A stretch of 31,024 nt of DNA from a virus. Taxonomy: Duplodnaviria > Caudoviricetes. The translations under genes were made by a program, and so were the position numbers. A model generated the notes under the pieces. The model saw only the letters and a program-made list of their open reading frames with translations. It was not told the DNA's origin and did not search any database. Position 1 is the stretch's first letter. The number at the start of each line of letters is the position of its first letter. Location: the IMG/VR virus record IMGVR_UViG_3300026189_000021, positions 1 through 31,024 of that record. One strand, 5' to 3'. Shown piece after piece: positions 19,337 to 26,599 of this stretch.

Positions 19337-19585
19337 ATGGCTGAAGAATTAAAAAACTTTACCAACGGTAAAGATTGGTGGTATATGGATCGTGACAAAG
19401 CTGTCCAATTAATTGAGTTAATTGGTGAAATGTATACGACTCAAATCCAACATATGAATCCTCTATCAGATGAAAGCTTAGAATTATTTGAAGAAATTGA
19501 CAATAATTTATCCAACTTATCTTACGAATTACAATCCAACCCAGAAGAAGTCTTTGAAAAGGTTGGAATAAAATTGGAAAAATAA
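19337..19585 (+). CDS. Acidic hypothetical protein (82 aa)
   Basis: ATG 4 nt after the clpP stop. Glu/Asp-rich and helical-looking; fills the gap to the next promoter. Confidence 0.75.
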   Translation: MAEELKNFTNGKDWWYMDRDKAVQLIELIGEMYTTQIQHMNPLSDESLELFEEIDNNLSNLSYELQSNPEEVFEKVGIKLEK

Positions 19586-19599
19586 TAGATCTTTTCCGG

Positions 19600-19628
19600 T
19601 TGACATATAACAACTTCTAGTATATTAT
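19600..19628 (+). promoter_or_regulatory. sigma70-type early promoter
   Basis: TTGACA (19600-19605), 17 nt, TATTAT (19623-19628). Confidence 0.7.
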
Positions 19629-19691
19629 GTGTATATTATGTTTAAAAATATAGCATATAAATTAGCTAATTTATTTGGAGGTAACAATACA

Positions 19692-20006
19692 ATGGCTAGA
19701 ACTAAACAATACGTAGTATACACAAGAGAATTTGTAAAAGGCAACGTGAAAAACAAAGTAGGTGTTTTTCTAGAAGAAGCTAAAAATACTCTTGACACAA
19801 ACGGTAACGTAAACGGTGGTGTAATCAAGTACAAAAACTTGAAAATGAAAAGATCTACACCAACTACTAACTTGATTGGTAAAGGTTACGATTTCTCAGT
19901 AAGAGTAATTGGAACTGGAAACTATGAAGTAGCAAAAGGAATGAAAAATTCTGTCATCAGTCTTTTACAAGACAGTGGCAAAACTCTAATTAACAAAGTT
20001 GCGTAA
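19692..20006 (+). CDS. Basic hypothetical protein (104 aa), possibly a degenerate GIY-YIG fold
   Basis: GGAGG at 19677-19681 precedes ATG 19692 (MARTKQYVVY...). Lys-rich, with its own promoter and terminator. Confidence 0.8.
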   Translation: MARTKQYVVYTREFVKGNVKNKVGVFLEEAKNTLDTNGNVNGGVIKYKNLKMKRSTPTTNLIGKGYDFSVRVIGTGNYEVAKGMKNSVISLLQDSGKTLINKVA

Positions 20007-20030
20007 TTAGACCTTAAACGTTACAACACT

Positions 20031-20059
20031 AAAGGGCGGGTTTTACTCGCCCTTTTTTT
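20031..20059 (+). terminator. Rho-independent terminator
   Basis: AAAGGGCGGGT-TTT-ACTCGCCCTTTTTTT hairpin with a T-tract. Confidence 0.9.
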
Positions 20060-20132
20060 ATGACTTATCAACAAATTTTGCCAAAATAATCGCTGTTTTA
20101 CAACGTTAAACAAAATATGGGTACTTAACCGG

Positions 20133-20161
20133 TTGATAGGGTGCGTTAATTAGTATAAAAT
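20133..20161 (+). promoter_or_regulatory. sigma70-type promoter
   Basis: TTGATA (20133-20138), 17 nt, TAAAAT (20156-20161). Shares CCGGTTGA and TAGTATA context with the 19600 promoter. Confidence 0.6.
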
Positions 20162-20215
20162 ATTACTACAATTAACATAACAGACTATTGAAACAATTTG
20201 TTAAAGGAGGAAGTT

Positions 20216-20449
20216 ATGGATATTATAAGTAAAATTAGATCTTGGGCGTCAGCACTAGCAGATGTCGGAGTAAGTTTAATTGCCTTAGGTATAGTGCTTG
20301 AGGTTTTATTTTCAGGTCAAGGAATTCCATTTTGGCCTAATATATCAGTAATAGGAAATGTACAATCAATCATCGGCGGATTTAGTGATCAAGGATTACT
20401 AGGTTTAGTTGCTGTTTGGATCTTGTACCACATCTATAATAGAAAATAA
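20216..20449 (+). CDS. Small membrane protein (77 aa)
   Basis: AAGGAGG before ATG 20216. Two hydrophobic segments, ALADVGVSLIALGIVLEVLF and GLLGLVAVWILYHIY. Confidence 0.85.
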   Translation: MDIISKIRSWASALADVGVSLIALGIVLEVLFSGQGIPFWPNISVIGNVQSIIGGFSDQGLLGLVAVWILYHIYNRK

Positions 20450-20477
20450 TCAATATATAGAGTAATCAAAAATAAGT

Positions 20478-20506
20478 TAGGGCGGTGACGCTTAAACATC
20501 GCCCTA
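20478..20506 (+). other. Intergenic RNA hairpin without a U-tract
   Basis: TAGGGCGGTG-ACGCTTAAA-CATCGCCCTA, a few nt upstream of the AAGGAG of the next ORF. Confidence 0.75.
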
Positions 20507-20526
20507 TCTAAAAAGGAGAAACAACA

Positions 20527-20640
20527 ATGGATTTTTTTAAAAACAAATGGGTTTGGGTCGGTGTTGCGATTATCATCGTAGTAGGCTTATACGCATCAGG
20601 TGTTTTTACACCAGCTGAAGTGCCAACAGACGCACAGTAA
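20527..20640 (+). CDS. Single-pass membrane microprotein (37 aa)
   Basis: AAGGAG RBS then ATG. MDFFKNKWVWVGVAIIIVVGLYASGVFTPAEVPTDAQ*, followed by a terminator. Below the ORF track cutoff. Confidence 0.8.
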   Translation: MDFFKNKWVWVGVAIIIVVGLYASGVFTPAEVPTDAQ

Positions 20641-20659
20641 TTTAAATTTAAATTATTTT

Positions 20660-20686
20660 AAGGGCGGTTTTTTAATCGCCCTTTTT
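20660..20686. terminator. Terminator between convergent genes, possibly bidirectional
   Basis: AAGGGCGGTT-TTTT-AATCGCCCTTTTT lies between the stops at 20640 (+) and 20690 (-). Confidence 0.85.
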
Positions 20687-20689
20687 CTA

Positions 20690-22585
20690 TTAGGCGTCCT
20701 TGAAATTTTTAAAGTCAGCAGTTATTTTTGTTATTTCTTTTTTAGATGATTCTGTAACTGACTGGGGAGAATGTTTAAGCAGTAAATCTTTTGCCTTTAA
20801 GTTTGGTAAGACAGTATTTTTCTGTAAAGCTTCATTCACTAGGATTATATCATCAAAAGCTTTTTTCTTGTTTGGATCTGATAAATCTAAATCTTTAACT
20901 AAATCAATATTTTTTGTTATTAATTCTTTTATTTCTTTAGTTGCTTCTTTCAACGATTCACTTACTTCACCTATAGTTTCGTCTACTAGAGTGTTATATG
21001 CTTCTGTTAAGTTGGTTTGAGCATCTATCTTTTTCACTAAAGCTACCATTTCGTTTTCTGTTGCTGTTACTGTTTCTTTATAAGTTTGTTTAGCATCGTC
21101 GATATCTTTTTCTGTAACAGCTTCATCAACAACCGTAGCATTCTCGATTGATTTTGCTTCGTGATCTGGATATGGTTCTCTAGTTGGGAACCTCGTTAAT
21201 ATTGATCCAATTTTTGTTTCTGTTTTTCTTGGTGAGTATATTGGTGTTTCGGCTGTTCTTGTTTCAAGTACATTTGTATACAATAGATTACCTTCTGTAT
21301 CAACTTGTAAACTTATTCCAGATATTGCTGTGGCTTTTACTGCCGCCGGTCCGTTCATATGTATTACTTTTGATGTTTCATAATGTCCTAGATTAGAACT
21401 AAGATGCATAGATCCAGTATCCGCTGTAATCATATTACTCATTGTAGAAAATATAGTTGTTGATTGTGCTGTGGTTAAATCTGTTCCGTTTGTTGAAACA
21501 ACTTTAAATCTACCAGCAACGTCAAAGTGTACATTACCTGAAATATCTTCAAGATCTACAGTTGATTTTGGTTGTGTTTCTGGGCTTGTTGATTTAGTTG
21601 AATGCGTTTTAATATTAATATGTCTTCCCGACTCTATATTAACATCTCTGTCAGCCCTAATATTGAAATCTTTTTCTGTTCTCATTGCTATTGAGTCAGC
21701 ACCCCATAATTCAATTTTACCATCTGCTGTTAATTCAACCCAAGCTGTGCCATTTGTGTTTGTGACATAGACAGTACTAGTTTCATCGTCCATTAATACT
21801 TGGGCACCACCTGCCGTTCTGAATCTCATATGGCTACCACCTGATTTGTCATCCATTATAAATTGGTGACCACCTGGTGTTAATATACCAAATACATTAC
21901 TTGGTGACTCTCTTCTGGCACTTGCGTCAGTAAGACCTCTTATGTTATCATTTTCTAAACCTTGCACTAACAATCTATCATAGAAAGGTGTGTGTGGTGG
22001 ACGTCTGACATTATCTGATGTACCCTTAGATAAGTGATCTGGCATTTTTGTTTTATCAAGCTTTTCAAAAATATTCATATTTTGAGCTTCAGCAGAAACT
22101 CTGTTTATTTCTGCTACCGGAACTGTTGGTGCATTTGGTGTAGTTGTTTTACCTTTAGCAATACCTGGTATCATATGATTTATACTTGGTTGGAATACAC
22201 AACCTAAGCATACACCGTTGTTTTCTTGTCCATTGACAAAAGCAACTACAACAATATTTCCTACGTCAGGTGGAATCATCCACATTCCGTAACTTTTTTG
22301 TGTAGCCGCATATAAATTTTCAGTTTCGGCATCATCACTTTTTATTAATGAACTGGGATTTGTTGCACCTGCAAAAGGAGATGTCCATAAAACTGTTCTC
22401 CAGTTGTTAGGATCTGTTTTATCTGCTTGACTACCTTGTAAGAAAACTCTCAGTCGACCAAGTCTTGCGTGGTCCTTGTTGTCCATAACTTCAGCTAACT
22501 GCACCGATGTTGTAAGTCCACCTTTGACATTTAGTCCTGCCTGCTTGTTAAAATTAAATACCGATGAGTCGTTTTTAGTAGCCAT
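20690..22585 (-). CDS. Baseplate hub/spike protein, gp5/VgrG-like (631 aa)
   Basis: OB-fold motifs D..RLGRLRV, W..SPFAG and GMWMIPPDVGNIVVVAFVNG, then TPGGHQFIMDD and beta-helix repeats ending IHMNGP. Confidence 0.85.
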   Translation of the reverse strand: MATKNDSSVFNFNKQAGLNVKGGLTTSVQLAEVMDNKDHARLGRLRVFLQGSQADKTDPNNWRTVLWTSPFAGATNPSSLIKSDDAETENLYAATQKSYGMWMIPPDVGNIVVVAFVNGQENNGVCLGCVFQPSINHMIPGIAKGKTTTPNAPTVPVAEINRVSAEAQNMNIFEKLDKTKMPDHLSKGTSDNVRRPPHTPFYDRLLVQGLENDNIRGLTDASARRESPSNVFGILTPGGHQFIMDDKSGGSHMRFRTAGGAQVLMDDETSTVYVTNTNGTAWVELTADGKIELWGADSIAMRTEKDFNIRADRDVNIESGRHINIKTHSTKSTSPETQPKSTVDLEDISGNVHFDVAGRFKVVSTNGTDLTTAQSTTIFSTMSNMITADTGSMHLSSNLGHYETSKVIHMNGPAAVKATAISGISLQVDTEGNLLYTNVLETRTAETPIYSPRKTETKIGSILTRFPTREPYPDHEAKSIENATVVDEAVTEKDIDDAKQTYKETVTATENEMVALVKKIDAQTNLTEAYNTLVDETIGEVSESLKEATKEIKELITKNIDLVKDLDLSDPNKKKAFDDIILVNEALQKNTVLPNLKAKDLLLKHSPQSVTESSKKEITKITADFKNFKDA

Positions 22586-25416
22586 TAGTTATTAGTCTCT
22601 CTTTCTCTTTTGTAATTAAGTTTTTCAGCATCAGATAAATTTAAAAATTCTTTATAATCTTTCATTTCTTTAAAATCAACCTGCCCGTCATTGTTATAAT
22701 CAAAGCCATCATATGCGGCTCTTTCAGACATACTCATAGCACCACCGTGATTATAACCTAAAATATCTTGGGTAGCTGGTAAATCCACAGTTATCTCTAA
22801 TCCTTCATTATTATTTAAATCAGTTATATCTGTTCTTATTTTTTCTTCAAGGAATTCTTTTTTCAATTTACCCGAAGCAACATTTTCTCCTACCAGTGTT
22901 CCTTGAACGTCTTGATATTTCCAAGCCATTTTTTTATCTAGTGCAACATCTTTAACTGACATTCCACCAAAAGTAAGATGTGGATTAGGTTGAACAGGAG
23001 TGTCTATTCTTTTTTCGGTAGTTTTCTTATTGCTTTGATCCTGTTTACTAATATTTTTAAAACTATATAAATCATCTTCTATTTCAGCATTATATGATGA
23101 CTTACGTTTTTTAATATCACCTGATGTAAGTAAACTTAAATCTGTTATCGCATCTCTAACCATATGTAAAGTTTGCGTAAACTGACCATTACTAAATTTA
23201 TGTTCTATCTTCCAAATTCTATATACAGCAGTTAAAAATTCATTATTTCTTTGAGCTAGTGTTTTTTCATAACCCGAATTGGCATCTTTTTCTGTTGGTA
23301 TCATTGAACAAAATAAAACACAATTTTCTTTTTTGTAGTCAGCCATCGATGGAAATTTCTCTCCTTGATTTTCATTATGATAATATGATGGATGATCTAA
23401 CCAATATGGGTCTCCAATAATGTCCATAGTAACTCTAACCATTTCAGCTGATCCCACTTTAGCATTTCTTAATATTGTTGTAAAGCCCGATGCATCTGCT
23501 GTTGATACTTCAATCATACCTTCTTGGCTAGGGTCAACATATCTTTCGTAAAATTGTACTGGAAATTGTGTACCACCTTGATCTTCTTTTAATGCTTCTT
23601 CATACATCTCATCAGGAATATTTTCACCTAATATATTTTGACCTCCTAGCTTTCCGCTAGATTTGTCCATATTTGATCTAGGTAAGTTCCAACCTGTGAC
23701 AGGATGGAATGTATAAGAATCCAAAGCATTTAATTTTGGTGATGTTTTAGGAAATACTATAGGATGATAATCATCAGCTTTTTGTCCGCCAAGGTGTTGA
23801 TAATTTTTAAAATCTTCATTATAATCTTTTACTAAGGCATTGTAGGCTTCTAGTGTATTTGCATCTGGTTCTACTGCACCCGAGTCATACAAGTTTTTAA
23901 CATTTTTTAAGTTTCTTTCCTGCATCACTTTGATCCAGTATTTTTCTTGTGTGGTTAGCTTACTACCACCTTCACTATCCTCATCTAAAAATTCATTGAA
24001 TTTTGCATTTGCTTCTATACCATCTTTAACAGCATTTTGTCTATCTTCACTTGAATTCACTTGTTGATCTATAATTGTATTGAAAACTTCAGAATACTTG
24101 TTAAACAAACCTACCATTGTATCTAGACCATAAACATATTGATAATTGTAATTGATATTAAAATTTAATACATCAAGATTCATACCAGTGTTAAAATAAT
24201 CATATCTTTTCACTAAAACTTTTCTGTCTATCATATCATCAACACGTTTTTTACTATATGCTGGTACTTTATCAAATTCTTTTCTTACTGCCGCTGTAAC
24301 AGAAGTATATGCTGATACTGTTATTGTATAAACAAATTTCCTTGCATAATCACGTCTTAATGAATCATACTTTATTAATTCATTGTGTGATGTTATTGTA
24401 AATAGATGTTTTTTCACATCTAGATCTTCAATTTCTTTTTCAGTAAATTCAGAAGTAGTAAGTTTTTTTCTTGTTGCAGAAATTTTTTCCTGCATAAATT
24501 TATTACGAGACATAAATCTTTCAAGTACTGCTTTGATTGGTGTATTTCTTTGTATCTCTGACATTACTGCACCAGTATTTGTATCTTGGTTATTTGGATT
24601 TGTTTTTGAATCAGGGTCTGATGCAATCGGTGAATCAGCAATATCTTGTACTGATATATCATCTTCATTAGAGTCAACTCTAAACACATATTGATCTAGT
24701 ATCGCTTTTGTTGAACCAAGCTTATGTCTTTCTTGTTTATTAACTTCTTTTTGAAATTCATTTAAGAAATCATCAAATGTATCAATGTTTGTTAGAGTAG
24801 TTTTTTGTACTAATGAATGATCATCAGCATTGTTTAAGTCACCTGCTCTGATACCTTCTATTTGGAAGTTTGCAGAACCAACATCGACTTGGTATGTAAT
24901 ATTTTTTATGTATACACAATACAATCTTCTTGTACCTGGTATCTCGCTATCAAGTTCTCCATCTGCCTTCCTGCCTTTTAATACTACTTGTAAAAAGAAT
25001 GGATGTGAATAATGATTTTTAATTCCTAGTATTGCCGCGGCCTTATATATGTTTGCAACTAAACTAACACCTAAAGGTTGTACAACACTCATTCTAAATT
25101 TAGTTGAGAAACCTGTATCCGTTACACTATTAGGTGAAGTAATACCTTCGATCATTAAATCAGTCATTGTAGTAATTGTTGACGCTGATTCTAAAAGTGT
25201 AACTACACCTCCTTTAAAAATACTAGAGTTAATAGTGTTAATTTCATCAGCGGCTCTACCTCTTAAATCTCTTTCAGCTTTCTGCCAAGCTTTAGTGTCA
25301 AACGTGTTAGCTAGATGCAGAGAGACGTCATATGAAGTTCTTTCATATTCGTGTAAAGGATTTTCTAAAAAAGCGTCCTTCTCAATTATATTCCAAAGTT
25401 GTGGTTCGCCTGCCAT
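22585..25416 (-). CDS. Probable baseplate hub protein, gp27/gpD-like position (943 aa)
   Basis: Lies between the gp53-like and gp5-like genes. MDIIGDPYWL and YRIWKIEHKFSNGQFTQTLHMVR resemble hub-protein C-terminal strands. Confidence 0.65.
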   Translation of the reverse strand: MAGEPQLWNIIEKDAFLENPLHEYERTSYDVSLHLANTFDTKAWQKAERDLRGRAADEINTINSSIFKGGVVTLLESASTITTMTDLMIEGITSPNSVTDTGFSTKFRMSVVQPLGVSLVANIYKAAAILGIKNHYSHPFFLQVVLKGRKADGELDSEIPGTRRLYCVYIKNITYQVDVGSANFQIEGIRAGDLNNADDHSLVQKTTLTNIDTFDDFLNEFQKEVNKQERHKLGSTKAILDQYVFRVDSNEDDISVQDIADSPIASDPDSKTNPNNQDTNTGAVMSEIQRNTPIKAVLERFMSRNKFMQEKISATRKKLTTSEFTEKEIEDLDVKKHLFTITSHNELIKYDSLRRDYARKFVYTITVSAYTSVTAAVRKEFDKVPAYSKKRVDDMIDRKVLVKRYDYFNTGMNLDVLNFNINYNYQYVYGLDTMVGLFNKYSEVFNTIIDQQVNSSEDRQNAVKDGIEANAKFNEFLDEDSEGGSKLTTQEKYWIKVMQERNLKNVKNLYDSGAVEPDANTLEAYNALVKDYNEDFKNYQHLGGQKADDYHPIVFPKTSPKLNALDSYTFHPVTGWNLPRSNMDKSSGKLGGQNILGENIPDEMYEEALKEDQGGTQFPVQFYERYVDPSQEGMIEVSTADASGFTTILRNAKVGSAEMVRVTMDIIGDPYWLDHPSYYHNENQGEKFPSMADYKKENCVLFCSMIPTEKDANSGYEKTLAQRNNEFLTAVYRIWKIEHKFSNGQFTQTLHMVRDAITDLSLLTSGDIKKRKSSYNAEIEDDLYSFKNISKQDQSNKKTTEKRIDTPVQPNPHLTFGGMSVKDVALDKKMAWKYQDVQGTLVGENVASGKLKKEFLEEKIRTDITDLNNNEGLEITVDLPATQDILGYNHGGAMSMSERAAYDGFDYNNDGQVDFKEMKDYKEFLNLSDAEKLNYKRERETNN

Positions 25417-25419
25417 TTT

Positions 25420-25719
25420 TTATGCTATTAAATTTGCTACAGATGATTTTTGTGGGATTCTAATTGTCTTTCCAGCACGAAAATCATTAATAGGATCTTG
25501 TATCAAATTCATATTCCTTTTTGTAAATATCCACCATAATCTTGTACTGCCATATAATGCATTTGCTAGTAAGTCTGGTCTTCTGTCGAATTTATTTTCT
25601 ATTGTGTAATATTCATCGTTTTCAGATTGAGGAACAGTTGGTAATTTTAAAAGATCTCTATAGTCACCAACTAATGGTGTTTTATAATATGGAGAGCTTT
25701 TTCTTTGTTCTCTAGACAT
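25420..25719 (-). CDS. Baseplate wedge subunit, gp53/LysM-like (99 aa)
   Basis: YYTI...RRPDLLANALYGSTRLWWIF..RN...DP...F.AG..IRIP signature. Confidence 0.88.
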   Translation of the reverse strand: MSREQRKSSPYYKTPLVGDYRDLLKLPTVPQSENDEYYTIENKFDRRPDLLANALYGSTRLWWIFTKRNMNLIQDPINDFRAGKTIRIPQKSSVANLIA

Positions 25720-26516
25720 TATATTATTCCTTCATCTGTGTCATTAATATATTGGCCACTCTTGAATTTTTCTAAGTCGAACTCATCTCGCATTTTTGCA
25801 GGAGTAGGTGCGTATACTAATTCCATAAACATCGCTACTACCGATGGCACATAACTTTGTGCAATCTTATCTTCTAAATGAGCTGGTGGATTAATTTGTT
25901 TATCAGAAAAAGTTGTACCACCGATCATTGCCGCTTCAGCCCCTGATACATCTAAATCTCTTTCAGCGGAGTACGGAGCATCATTAGAATACATTCCGTA
26001 TCCTGCATCAGCAACCGATACACCCGAAGTTCCACAACTAACGTAATCGACATCTTGATCTAAACCAAAACTCACGTTTCTGATTAGCATCGGAACTCTG
26101 TCATACATATATGGACCATAAGCACTGAATAATAATGTTGGTGGATTTATTCCTCTCAATTCTCCATTTTGTCTACCATAATAGTTCATAGTAATAGCTC
26201 TTAAAAAATGTAGTACAGCTAAAACATATCTTGCTTCTGCTTGGTTCTGTGCTGTGTACGTTGCTGTTACTGACAACATTGGTGAATTTCTCTTACTAAA
26301 AGCAAAGTAATCAAATGGTGTTTGTGGCAATGAATATTGTGCATATTCAACTGACGTGTGAGTCACTTGGATCGCAGGTGTATATGGCATCAACATACCA
26401 TTAGTTTGCCACAAAGGTGCAATTAAATTTGCGTGTGGATCTTTACTTCCATAAACACGATCTTTAGCACCTGGCTTTGCTTGTATACGAGCTCTAAAAT
26501 CTTTTTTGACTGTCAT
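25719..26516 (-). CDS. Tail tube initiator / baseplate protein, gp48/gp54-like (265 aa)
   Basis: PYTPAI, LAVLHFLRA and PPTLLFSAYGPYMYDRVPMLIRNVSF...DVDY fit the tube-initiator pattern. Immediately upstream of gp53-like. Confidence 0.7.
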   Translation of the reverse strand: MTVKKDFRARIQAKPGAKDRVYGSKDPHANLIAPLWQTNGMLMPYTPAIQVTHTSVEYAQYSLPQTPFDYFAFSKRNSPMLSVTATYTAQNQAEARYVLAVLHFLRAITMNYYGRQNGELRGINPPTLLFSAYGPYMYDRVPMLIRNVSFGLDQDVDYVSCGTSGVSVADAGYGMYSNDAPYSAERDLDVSGAEAAMIGGTTFSDKQINPPAHLEDKIAQSYVPSVVAMFMELVYAPTPAKMRDEFDLEKFKSGQYINDTDEGII

Positions 26517-26532
26517 ACTAATATTTATAGTG
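26516..26532 (-). promoter_or_regulatory. gp55-dependent late promoter
   Basis: CACTATAAATATTAGTA on the minus strand; its last A is the A of the start ATG. Confidence 0.8.
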
Positions 26533-26564
26533 ATAATTATATATAGTTTTATTTAATAAAGAGG

Positions 26565-26593
26565 TTGACCATTTTGCCAGAAAATCGTATGTT
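26565..26593 (+). promoter_or_regulatory. sigma70-type promoter for gp55
   Basis: TTGACC (26565-26570), 17 nt, TATGTT (26588-26593), 6 nt, ATG. Confidence 0.6.
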
Positions 26594-26599
26594 ACAAGT

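Noticed and set aside
19692-19709. MARTKQ is identical to the histone H3 N-terminus
   Set aside because: Only six residues with no continuation (TARKS), and the context is a bacteriophage. Treated as coincidence.
18733-20215. ORF-track starts at 18733, 19629 and 20198
   Set aside because: They fall in promoter or RBS sequence. ATGs at 18772, 19692 and 20216 fit better, though ATG 19638 cannot be fully excluded.
20700-25609. Plus-strand ORFs up to 186 aa opposite the gp5/hub/gp53 genes
   Set aside because: Antisense in-register shadows of coding sequence with no recognisable motifs.
18217-26516. Bacterial T6SS or extracellular contractile injection system (VgrG-like, gp25, LysM, tube-like)
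   Set aside because: Adjacent gp55, gp47/gp46, T4-type late promoters and a tRNA indicate a phage genome. No T6SS membrane complex or Afp-type ATPase.
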